This document shows, in pieces, positions 55,991 through 64,000 of a stretch of DNA of 64,000 nucleotides. A program made the position numbers and the translations under genes. This DNA comes from Bacteroidales bacterium (GTDB lineage: Bacteria > Bacteroidota > Bacteroidia > Bacteroidales > WCHB1-69). Location of the stretch: assembly GCA_045534635.1 (NCBI GenBank), contig JAZSKB010000038.1:7778-71777 (forward strand). Reading direction: 5' to 3'. Position 1 is the first letter of the stretch. Each line of letters opens with the position of its first letter. The notes beneath the pieces are model-generated. The model made no database searches. It was not told the DNA's origin and was given only the letters and a program-made list of their open reading frames with translations.

Positions 55991-57978
55991 CAAACAATTA
56001 CTTGGTTCAACAAAGGTTCTACTATATCAACAGAAGATTTTACTTCAAACTTTTTAGTACTTGAATAATTTCCATTTGGCAATGCAATCCACTGTTTATT
56101 AATACTATATAAAATTTTTACACTATAACTACCTTCAGGAAGTCCCGTACAAGTAAAATTTTTAATAACTTGAAATCCTCTGGGTAAAGAAAAATCGTTT
56201 ATTTCTTCTATCGTTGATATCAATGTATTATCTTTATAAATACAAACTTTTATTCCTCCTATGTATTTATAACTACTATAATTAGCAATTTTTGCAGATA
56301 TAGTAAATTGAGATTCTGGTTCAATATCTTTTGGGACAATTGATATTTCATCTGCCATTTGGATATCTCCATTTATTGGGGAAGTCAATTTAAATTGTAA
56401 TAAATTGGAATAGAAATCATTCTCTTCTACAAAAAACCACTTATTTGATGAATTTCCCCCTTGTTGATAACAAACTGAAGCATAATATGTTCCCGGGGTT
56501 AACATTGATAATCCTGTTGTTGAGAATATTATAGAATCGTAATACATTGACCTCAAAGTTTTATTGCTTTTGCTATCCATCCAACAACAAAAATCTCCTA
56601 TACTATCAAAAATACCTATAGCGTAACTACCTGAAAAATCATTACTACCATAATTTGCTATACATACAGCAATAGAAAAAGATTCGTTGTTAGCAACTAT
56701 TGTTGAAGGTTTCATAATCATATTGCTATATAGACGCAAATCTGACATAGACACAGAATCTGGGTAAATATTAATAATCGCTCTTTGATTTTCTGAAAAC
56801 CCCCCACCTGTACCACCTCCTATACCTGTTCCTATAGGGTCAATAGATGATACAAAAAAATATCCATCGTATGCTCCTCCCCATCCAAAATTAAAATGAA
56901 ATCTATCGTCTGCATCGTATCCATCACAAACAAAAGCATGACCTCCTCCATCTCCACTTCCTGCATAATAGATAGGGCGACCATTGTCTAATTCATTTTT
57001 TAGCATTGTTATCCAGTCGGAATTTGTATAATCTTCTTTGTATTTACCAACAACATCACTATATTTGAAATGTGTTTTCAAAGCAGTAGGGACATCTCTA
57101 TATCCATAATCTATATATTCTTGTGACAATAAAGAGTATGCTCCACTTCCTCCTTCTGAAGAAACATTATAATCCATTGCTACTGATACTCCACAATGAT
57201 ACATCAATGTTGCAACAGCATTTTTAGAAGAAGAAGAACTATTAGAATTTAATTTTTTTGGCATATCTGCCCATTGATATGTAGTATTGGCAAAATTAGC
57301 AGATAATGTTCCGTAATATGAATTTGTTGTTGGAATATAAGAATATGACCCTTCCCCATTTTGTGGGTAATTCCAATATTTTAAAATTTGAGCCATCGCT
57401 GTTGCTACGCAACCTGTAACTGCACGCTCTTGATAGTTTGAATCGTAAGGACATAAATCGTTATAGTATGGTGCTTGATTCCATGTTGTTGTCAACAATG
57501 GAAATTCAACAGATTTTTGCCTTTTCGTTTCTTGAAATATTGTATTATTTATATATTGATTCCATAAATTGATTCTTTCTTTTGAAGCACTTTCTTCAAT
57601 CTTGCATACATAATCTAATTCTTTTTGATATGTTTCAAACCAATATTTTACATTGGCTGGCAGGTTTGTTGTATCAAAAGCATTTGCCGTTGAATAGGCT
57701 AAAATTGGCAACATTCGTTTATCTCCTCCAACAACAACAAAACTACTATCTGTATTGAATACATAATAATAAGTTGTATTTTTTGTGCTTTTTTGTAGTG
57801 GTGTTGCTACTTTTATTTGATACAAACTACAATTTGATGTATTTTTTTGTAAATTGCTTTTCGAAAGAAAATTTTCTGCCACTGCTGTTGCTTCTACAAG
57901 TGTAACCGATTGAGCATATAATTCTGATAATACGCTAAATAACAATACAATAATCCATATTTGATTTTTCATATTCAT
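55795..57978 (-). CDS. C10-family (streptopain/PrtT-like) cysteine protease with a T9SS CTD.
   Basis: Signal peptide, then a propeptide-like N-terminus. Catalytic Cys region TGCVATAMAQILKYW and His region GGHAFVCDGYD...FNFGWGG. The CTD is PNPAKTMLTIENATENVQIFDISGRLL... Confidence 0.85.
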   Translation of the reverse strand: MNMKNQIWIIVLLFSVLSELYAQSVTLVEATAVAENFLSKSNLQKNTSNCSLYQIKVATPLQKSTKNTTYYYVFNTDSSFVVVGGDKRMLPILAYSTANAFDTTNLPANVKYWFETYQKELDYVCKIEESASKERINLWNQYINNTIFQETKRQKSVEFPLLTTTWNQAPYYNDLCPYDSNYQERAVTGCVATAMAQILKYWNYPQNGEGSYSYIPTTNSYYGTLSANFANTTYQWADMPKKLNSNSSSSSKNAVATLMYHCGVSVAMDYNVSSEGGSGAYSLLSQEYIDYGYRDVPTALKTHFKYSDVVGKYKEDYTNSDWITMLKNELDNGRPIYYAGSGDGGGHAFVCDGYDADDRFHFNFGWGGAYDGYFFVSSIDPIGTGIGGGTGGGFSENQRAIINIYPDSVSMSDLRLYSNMIMKPSTIVANNESFSIAVCIANYGSNDFSGSYAIGIFDSIGDFCCWMDSKSNKTLRSMYYDSIIFSTTGLSMLTPGTYYASVCYQQGGNSSNKWFFVEENDFYSNLLQFKLTSPINGDIQMADEISIVPKDIEPESQFTISAKIANYSSYKYIGGIKVCIYKDNTLISTIEEINDFSLPRGFQVIKNFTCTGLPEGSYSVKILYSINKQWIALPNGNYSSTKKFEVKSSVDIVEPLLNQVIVCPNPAKTMLTIENATENVQIFDISGRLLINVENKETNLLQINVANLANGLYLVKIGNYTTKFVKE

Positions 57979-58097
57979 TACTTTTATTGTTTACTTTTAA
58001 AATCCAAACTAATCTTATTGTTTTTGCAAATTTATGAAAAAAACTATTTGACATTTATCTGAAAAAACAACTTTGCAAAAGTATCATTTTTTTCTAT

Positions 58098-58129
58098 AAA
58101 AAACAATCCCCGCAAGGCTGCGAGGATTG
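58098..58129 (-). terminator. Rho-independent terminator of the LRR gene (identical hairpin to 55730-55755).
   Basis: Same CAATCCCCGCAAGGCTGCGAGGATTG hairpin plus a T-run on the minus strand. Confidence 0.7.
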
Positions 58130-58364
58130 AAATATTTATATATTAACGTTAAAAAAATGCGTTTTCAATTATTCTTTCACAAACTTGGTTGTATAGTTGC
58201 CTATTTTTACAAAATACAAATCATTTGCTAAGTTAGCAACATTGATTTGTAACAAGTTTGTTTCTTTATTTTCTACATTGATAAGCAAACGACCACTAAT
58301 ATCAAATATTTGAACATTTTCTGTTGCATTTTCGATAGTAAGCATTGTTTTTGCTGGGTTTGGA
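58098..58364. repeat. 267-bp near-identical repeat, copy B (terminator + 3' UTR + CTD coding region of the LRR protein).
   Basis: See copy A. Homology stops abruptly upstream of the CTD, at GGGTTTGGA. Confidence 0.85.
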
Positions 58365-60157
58365 TATAATTCTATATTAGAAAGTTTGATTTCTGAAATA
58401 TTTGTTGGGTCTTCTCCGCCTCCGCCGTTACAATCGTAATCTCCTGTTGTTGCTGGAATTTCTTCACCAGACAAGTCAACCACTTCCCAATTTTTTGCTG
58501 TGGCATTTTTTGCATTAGTTGCCATAAATACATTGTAATTTGCATCACTTGCATCATAAATTGAAATAAATGCTGCTCCGTCTGCAGTATCTCTCATTGG
58601 CAATGAACACATTAATGAATCAAAACCTGCTGTTGTAAATGGATTAAGTGCTACTGCTAATAAATATAAATTTTTATTGTTACTTATATCTAAACTACTT
58701 AATTCATTGTCAAAAGCCATTAACACATACAATTCTGGACAATTACTTACATCTAAGGTCGTTAAATGATTTGTCCAACAACCAACTTCTTCCAATGCTA
58801 CACAACCATTTAAATTCAATGAAGTTAATTCATTGTTAAAACATATAAGTGTCACTAAATTTGGATTGTTACTTAAATCCAATGTTGTTAAACTATTTTC
58901 ATAGCAAGACAAGTCTTCCAGTTTTGTACAGCCACTTACATCTAAAAATGTTAAATCATTGCTATCGCAATATAAAACTTCTAATAGTTCATTATGGCTT
59001 GCATCTAATCCAATAATATTCAAATTATTACCATTGCAATCAAAACCTATTACATCTCCGTAAATTACTATACTATCGGCATGGGCATAAAAATTCATAG
59101 TTTCTGTCCAGTCTGTTCCAGTTACTATCGTTGTATCCCAATCTCCACTAACTATTTTTACTGGTATATCGTTTGTTCCTGTGTATATATCAAAAGCGAT
59201 TGATTCATCTTTTGTTACATTTAAAGTAATGTAATTCAACATATTTACTCCGCTACAATCGTAATTTCCATTTGTCATAGGAATTTCATTAGCTAAAATA
59301 TAATTTACTTTCCAATTTTTTGCTTTAGCATTTAAAGAATTTGCTTCCATAAATCTGATAGCATTCGTATCATTTGCATCTTCAAGAGGGTAAAATCTTG
59401 CATTATCAATAGTGTCTTTCATTGGCATTGAACACATTAACTTATCGTAGGCTACTGTTGTAAAAGGGATTCCATAACAATACAAATATCCTAACGATGT
59501 ATTGTTTCTTACATCTAACGATGTTAAATTATTGTAACAACAATTCAAAGACAGTAATTCCGTATTATTGCTTACATCCAAAAAACTTAAATTGTTATTC
59601 TCACAAGACAACAGAGATAATTTACTACAATTACTTACATCTATAGCATCTAAATTATTGTGATGACAAGACACGTTTGTTATACTATTATTTAAAATTA
59701 AAGATGTTAAATTATTATAAGAACAAGACAAATATGTCAATGCACTACAATTACTTACATCTAAAGTATCTAAATTATTGTCTGTACAAGCCAAGAATGT
59801 TAATGTATTATTACTACTTACATTTATTTTTGTGATATTGGTCTTGTTAGAACTACAAGTAAGTTGTTTTACATCTCCGTAAATTGTCATAGTATCGGCA
59901 CCTGCTTTATATTCTTTTGGAGCTGTTGAAGTATTAGTAATATTGTAAATGCTATCTCCGCTAACGATTTGTATCGGGGTATTGGCATCTGCTACTAATG
60001 TTATTTTAATTAGAGAGTCTTTCATAACGTTAAGCGTTATATAATGGGTCATGTTTTGGGCATGTATCAACCCACCAAATAGGAAAATACTACTTAGTAA
60101 TAGTAAAGAGCATCTTTTTGCACCTTTGTACCATAATTTTAAATACTGAATTTTCAT
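58169..60157 (-). CDS. Two-module leucine-rich-repeat surface protein with a T9SS CTD, paralog of 46976..49864.
   Basis: Same head/LRR/cap module grammar: YITLNV...TIYGD, NNLTSLDV..., FTTVAYDKLMCSMP...AKNW. It occurs twice, followed by the CTD. Confidence 0.85.
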   Translation of the reverse strand: MKIQYLKLWYKGAKRCSLLLLSSIFLFGGLIHAQNMTHYITLNVMKDSLIKITLVADANTPIQIVSGDSIYNITNTSTAPKEYKAGADTMTIYGDVKQLTCSSNKTNITKINVSSNNTLTFLACTDNNLDTLDVSNCSALTYLSCSYNNLTSLILNNSITNVSCHHNNLDAIDVSNCSKLSLLSCENNNLSFLDVSNNTELLSLNCCYNNLTSLDVRNNTSLGYLYCYGIPFTTVAYDKLMCSMPMKDTIDNARFYPLEDANDTNAIRFMEANSLNAKAKNWKVNYILANEIPMTNGNYDCSGVNMLNYITLNVTKDESIAFDIYTGTNDIPVKIVSGDWDTTIVTGTDWTETMNFYAHADSIVIYGDVIGFDCNGNNLNIIGLDASHNELLEVLYCDSNDLTFLDVSGCTKLEDLSCYENSLTTLDLSNNPNLVTLICFNNELTSLNLNGCVALEEVGCWTNHLTTLDVSNCPELYVLMAFDNELSSLDISNNKNLYLLAVALNPFTTAGFDSLMCSLPMRDTADGAAFISIYDASDANYNVFMATNAKNATAKNWEVVDLSGEEIPATTGDYDCNGGGGEDPTNISEIKLSNIELYPNPAKTMLTIENATENVQIFDISGRLLINVENKETNLLQINVANLANDLYFVKIGNYTTKFVKE

Positions 60158-60551
60158 CTTTTAAAAATTTTAATTATTACTTTATTTTATTATTTTAATT
60201 TATTCAAAAAAAAATGCAGGTACCCCAAAAGGACATCTGCATTTTTTACTCAATTAGCAAGTTTATAAAAAACAAACTACTAATTTTTATTTTGCAAAGG
60301 TATAATTTTTTTTTATACAAAAGTGCTTTTTTTGTAAAGATTTTTAACATTTTTAATCTATGTGTGGGGATAAAAACATTATGTATCAATTAGTTGCGAA
60401 TGCAAAAAAAACACAAATACGGACACACGCAGTGTGTTCATATAATTGAGACAACAAAAAATATAACTGCAACATTGTTGATAAAAACGTTGCCAACAAG
60501 TAAAAAAAACAACTCATTTATTTTCTTTATTAAGAATACAAAAAAAAATGT

Positions 60552-60559
60552 TACCTTTG
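60552..60559 (+). promoter_or_regulatory. -7 box TACCTTTG for the FG-GAP gene.
   Basis: It lies inside the track's N-terminal extension, 21 nt upstream of the in-frame GTG at 60580. Confidence 0.45.
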
Positions 60560-60579
60560 TCAAAGAAAAAATAGATAAC

Positions 60580-62835
60580 GTGAGAGTCAGATATAAAATA
60601 TTTTTTTTATTGTGTTGTTTATATAACTATATAGAGGCACAAAATAGTTATCCATACGGATTTTCTTATTCCGATGGAGTTGTCGTGCTATCGCAAAATG
60701 GTCAACAATTACAATATCCATTTGCTGGTGGTATTAATGGAACACAATTCGCTTTGTTGGATTGCAATTTCGATGGGGTAAAAGATTTAGTATGTTTTGA
60801 TGTTCAAGGAGAAAATATAAGAATATTTCTTCGAAAAGGAAACACTTGGGAATATTCTCCTCAATATTCAAGATATTTTCCTCAATTACATGGCTTTATG
60901 CAACTGCACGACTTTGATAAAGACGGGAAAGAAGATATTTTTACCAATTCTACAGCGGGGATAGCAGTTTATAAAAACATTTCCGATAATATATTAAAAT
61001 TTGAATTGTTTACCTCGAGAATCAATTCCATTTATTATGAAAACCAAAACCCTATCAATATATTTTGTACACCAGCCGATTATGTAATCATCAAAGATAT
61101 GGACAATGATGGCGATTTAGAAATACTTTCATTTGGAGCATTGGGAAAATATATTGAATATCACAAAAATATATCAATGGAAAAATATGGCAATTGTCAA
61201 CATTTAGAATATCAAGTTCTTGATAGATGTTGGGGGAAATTTTCAGAAAGTGGCGAAGATAACCAAATAATCTTAAACGATAATTGCAATTATAAATCTG
61301 CTTTTCCCACAACAAAATCATTTCGGCATACAGGCTCGTCTATGTTGGCTATGGATTTTGATAACAATGGATTGCAAGATTTGATATTGGGCGATATGGA
61401 TTTTCCTTTCTTATTTCTATTGTCCAATGGTGGCACAGCAGATTCTACCCATTTTGTATCAGTAGATACGCTTTTTCCTTCTCAAAATGTACCAGTAAAT
61501 TTGTATTCAATGCCTTGTCCTATGTTACTGAATCTATCTTCTGATACAGTACAAGATTTATTGGTATCGCCAATAGATTTAAGTTTATTGAAATCTGAAA
61601 ATAAAGCAAGTGTTTGGTATTACAAAAATTATGGTTCAACACAAATTCCAGACTTTCGTTTAATCACTAAATCTTTTTTACAAGAAGAAATGTTAGATTT
61701 TGGCTCTGGTGCAATTCCAATTTTAGCGGATATAAATCAAGATGGCTTAATAGATTTACTTGTTGGCAATTATGGTTATTACGATAGTGCGGTCAAAACT
61801 CCAGACAATTTAACTTGTTTTTATTCTTCTTCTATTGCTTATTTACAAAATATTGGAAACGAAAAAAATCCTGTTTTTCAATTAATCACAGAAGATTTAT
61901 GCAATTTACGAGAAATGGGATATCTATCTCTTTATCCTGCTGTTGCAGACCTAAATAACGATAAAAAACCAGATATTTTACTTTCTGATTCTCGTGGAAA
62001 ATTATTGTACTTAATCAATAATAGCACTGATAGTTTACATTTTATAGTGGATTCTACTTATTTTGATACTCATATAGTTGAAGATACCCCTGTAAGTAGA
62101 GAATTTTCCTCAATTGCATTGTCGGATATAGACAAAGACGGAAAAATAGATATGATTTGTGGAACACAAAAAGGCTCTTTGTTATATTATCAAAATATCG
62201 GAACATTGGAAAAACCTCATTTTAATTTAACTACATTACAATGGGGAGCTATTGATAAAAGAAATGATTGTTGCGATGATTTTTATGGATATGCTACTGT
62301 GGCAGTAAAAGATAGTTGTTTATTTGTTGGCAGTGCATGCGGAAAAATTGCTTGTTATGCTATTTCCCAACAAGATACGTTTGTAGAATTGATACCAGAA
62401 TTGTTTGTCGTTGATAACAATAAAGGTTATTCTATTAAAGAAGGAATTCGTACATCTGTCTCTGTCGCTGATTTAGATAATGATGGTTATGCAGAAATGA
62501 TTGTCGGCAATTTTTCTGGAGGATTGACTTATTATAAAGGAATAATACCTCCTCAAAAAAATATTGATGTTGATGTTAAAATTGTTGAAAAAGAAAATGT
62601 CAATGAAATATGTTTTTTTCCAAATCCAACTTACGGACAAATACAATGTTCTAATATTCAAAAAATTACAAAAATAAGTATTTTCAACACTATCGGACAA
62701 TGTGTCTTTGAAAGTACCGATTTTAATATTTGGAATAATATTTTGAATATAAACAATTTAAAATCAGGATTTTATATTATTTGCGGAAAACTAAAAAACG
62801 GAGAATCTTTTTCTCAAAAAATCATTAAACTATGA
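60580..62835 (+). CDS. FG-GAP/VCBS-repeat protein with a T9SS CTD.
   Basis: With a GTG start the N-terminus is a signal peptide, (M)RVRYKIFFLLCCLYNYIEAQ. Repeats are DCNFDGVKDL, DFDKDGKEDI, DMDNDGDLEI, DINQDGLIDL, DIDKDGKIDM and DLDNDGYAEM. The CTD is FFPNPTYGQIQ... Confidence 0.8.
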   Translation: MRVRYKIFFLLCCLYNYIEAQNSYPYGFSYSDGVVVLSQNGQQLQYPFAGGINGTQFALLDCNFDGVKDLVCFDVQGENIRIFLRKGNTWEYSPQYSRYFPQLHGFMQLHDFDKDGKEDIFTNSTAGIAVYKNISDNILKFELFTSRINSIYYENQNPINIFCTPADYVIIKDMDNDGDLEILSFGALGKYIEYHKNISMEKYGNCQHLEYQVLDRCWGKFSESGEDNQIILNDNCNYKSAFPTTKSFRHTGSSMLAMDFDNNGLQDLILGDMDFPFLFLLSNGGTADSTHFVSVDTLFPSQNVPVNLYSMPCPMLLNLSSDTVQDLLVSPIDLSLLKSENKASVWYYKNYGSTQIPDFRLITKSFLQEEMLDFGSGAIPILADINQDGLIDLLVGNYGYYDSAVKTPDNLTCFYSSSIAYLQNIGNEKNPVFQLITEDLCNLREMGYLSLYPAVADLNNDKKPDILLSDSRGKLLYLINNSTDSLHFIVDSTYFDTHIVEDTPVSREFSSIALSDIDKDGKIDMICGTQKGSLLYYQNIGTLEKPHFNLTTLQWGAIDKRNDCCDDFYGYATVAVKDSCLFVGSACGKIACYAISQQDTFVELIPELFVVDNNKGYSIKEGIRTSVSVADLDNDGYAEMIVGNFSGGLTYYKGIIPPQKNIDVDVKIVEKENVNEICFFPNPTYGQIQCSNIQKITKISIFNTIGQCVFESTDFNIWNNILNINNLKSGFYIICGKLKNGESFSQKIIKL

Positions 62836-64000
62836 GAAAAAAAGGAGAAACATTATTATTTGCTATTTTTGTTACATTCTTTTGCGTATGCTTACTTTTA
62901 AACAAAAAAATAGGTGACGAAAAAAAATATAATTTTAATACTTTTGAAGAAATTCAACAAGAAAAAATATTACGCGTTGGTATTTTGCACAATTATTCTG
63001 ATTATTATCTAAATAATGGAAAAATTGAAGGATTTCAATATGAAATGACAGAAAAATTAGCCGAAAAATACAATTTAAATGTTCATTATCTTGTTGCAGA
63101 AAATCAAAATGATTTATACATTTTATTGCTCAACAATGAAGTAGATATGCTTGCAATAGATGTTTGTAATACACCATTGATGTCTTTATTTTTCTCTTTG
63201 ACAAAATCACATTCTTATTCGGATATTGTTGTTGTACAAAACAAAAAACACAAAGTTGTAACTTTCAAAAACAATAATTTGTTAGTTTTAGATACCCAAT
63301 GTCGATTTTTTTATCCTCTGATAGCCACCGATAATTTCAATTTTAATTTTAACCAATATTTATCTGACACTTCAATAAAATATTGCTTTCACAATACAAA
63401 ATCTATTGTTGATATGTTGCAATATATAGACACAAGTCGTACAAATTTTAGTTTTGCATTGTCCAAAACATTCACAGCGTATGCTCCGTTGTTTCAACAC
63501 CTTGACGCAAATATTCGTTTAGGAGAAAAAATAAGTCAACATTGGATTGTTGCAAAAAGAAATATTTCTTTGAAAAATAATATTGATTTATGGCTTGAAG
63601 AATATATGAAAACAATAGAATATCGGCTATTGCTAAAAAAATATAATCAACAAAAAAAATCGAAACAACAAATACATCTTACCAAAGAATTCCGAAAAGG
63701 AAATCGAATTTCAAAAAAAGATGATATTTTTAAAAAGTATGGAAAAAAATACCATATTGATTGGCGTTTTTTGGCAGCAGTCGCCTATCATGAATCACGA
63801 TTTGATGCAAATGCAATTGGTTTAGGTCAAACAATCGGAATAATGCAAATGAAACCAAGTACCGCTTCAGATTTAGGCAATTACGATTTAAGCAATGAAG
63901 AACATCAAATTCAAGCAGGAGCACATTTGATAGCAGAATTATTAAAACGATTTGAAAAAATAAATGTTTATCCTCAAGATAAATATGCTTTTGTTTTGGC
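62832..64000 (+). CDS. MltF-like membrane-bound lytic transglycosylase (solute-binding-like domain + SLT domain). The 3' end lies outside the window.
   Basis: It is not in the ORF track because no stop falls in the window. Hand translation from ATG 62832 (ATGA overlap with the upstream stop) is open to position 64000. The SLT motif is AVAYHESRFDANAIGLGQTIGIMQM. Confidence 0.7.
   Translation, partial: MRKKGETLLFAIFVTFFCVCLLLNKKIGDEKKYNFNTFEEIQQEKILRVGILHNYSDYYLNNGKIEGFQYEMTEKLAEKYNLNVHYLVAENQNDLYILLLNNEVDMLAIDVCNTPLMSLFFSLTKSHSYSDIVVVQNKKHKVVTFKNNNLLVLDTQCRFFYPLIATDNFNFNFNQYLSDTSIKYCFHNTKSIVDMLQYIDTSRTNFSFALSKTFTAYAPLFQHLDANIRLGEKISQHWIVAKRNISLKNNIDLWLEEYMKTIEYRLLLKKYNQQKKSKQQIHLTKEFRKGNRISKKDDIFKKYGKKYHIDWRFLAAVAYHESRFDANAIGLGQTIGIMQMKPSTASDLGNYDLSNEEHQIQAGAHLIAELLKRFEKINVYPQDKYAFVL

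Noticed and set aside
60394-60579. TTG-initiated 62-codon extension of the FG-GAP protein.
   Set aside because: It is basic and low-complexity with no signal peptide. A TACCTTTG -7 box lies within it. The in-frame GTG at 60580 gives a canonical signal peptide.

Overview
This is a chromosomal window from a low-GC Bacteroidota (Bacteroidales-like) genome. The evidence is many TAnnTTTG -7 promoter boxes just upstream of genes, six ORFs ending in T9SS C-terminal sorting domains, and a ricT-gldH-PBP1A arrangement. The window has four parts. (1) Positions 1-12.4 kb form a compositionally mosaic accessory or defence island, all on the minus strand. It holds a WYL-regulator 3' end, two tandem PD-(D/E)XK paralogs and an AAA+ ATPase with a small partner. 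It also holds an ICE-like block (SLOG/DUF2493, DEDDh exonuclease, acidic orphan) driven by three copies of a conserved 45-bp promoter cassette. Its last element is a tightly coupled operon of a GmrSD-like gene, a DUF262-only gene and a single-HKD PLD nuclease, which I rank as the best candidate for an undescribed defence system. (2) The second part is housekeeping genes (radA, yebC, sod, rsmD, yicC, tRNA-Cys, rsmE, mltG, pduO-type adenosyltransferase, ricT, gldH, PBP1A, dprA). Among them are a 2740-aa internally duplicated T9SS beta-helix protein and an unusual DsrC + NarI/DsrM-like + DsrK/HdrD-like + cysteine desulfurase operon. (3) The third part is an Rhs/TcB-TcC-type polymorphic toxin locus at 34.1-43.8 kb. 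It has a frameshifted small T9SS-CTD gene, a main toxin with a papain/NlpC-P60-like tip, exported immunity candidates and two orphan toxin cassettes that share a ~130-bp recombination box. (4) The fourth part is a T9SS cargo cluster: two modular LRR paralogs, a C10 protease and an FG-GAP protein. It contains a 267-bp near-identical CTD-plus-terminator repeat shared by unrelated genes. I saw no rRNA, CRISPR array, integrase or transposase. All family assignments come from motif recognition by eye, with no database search.
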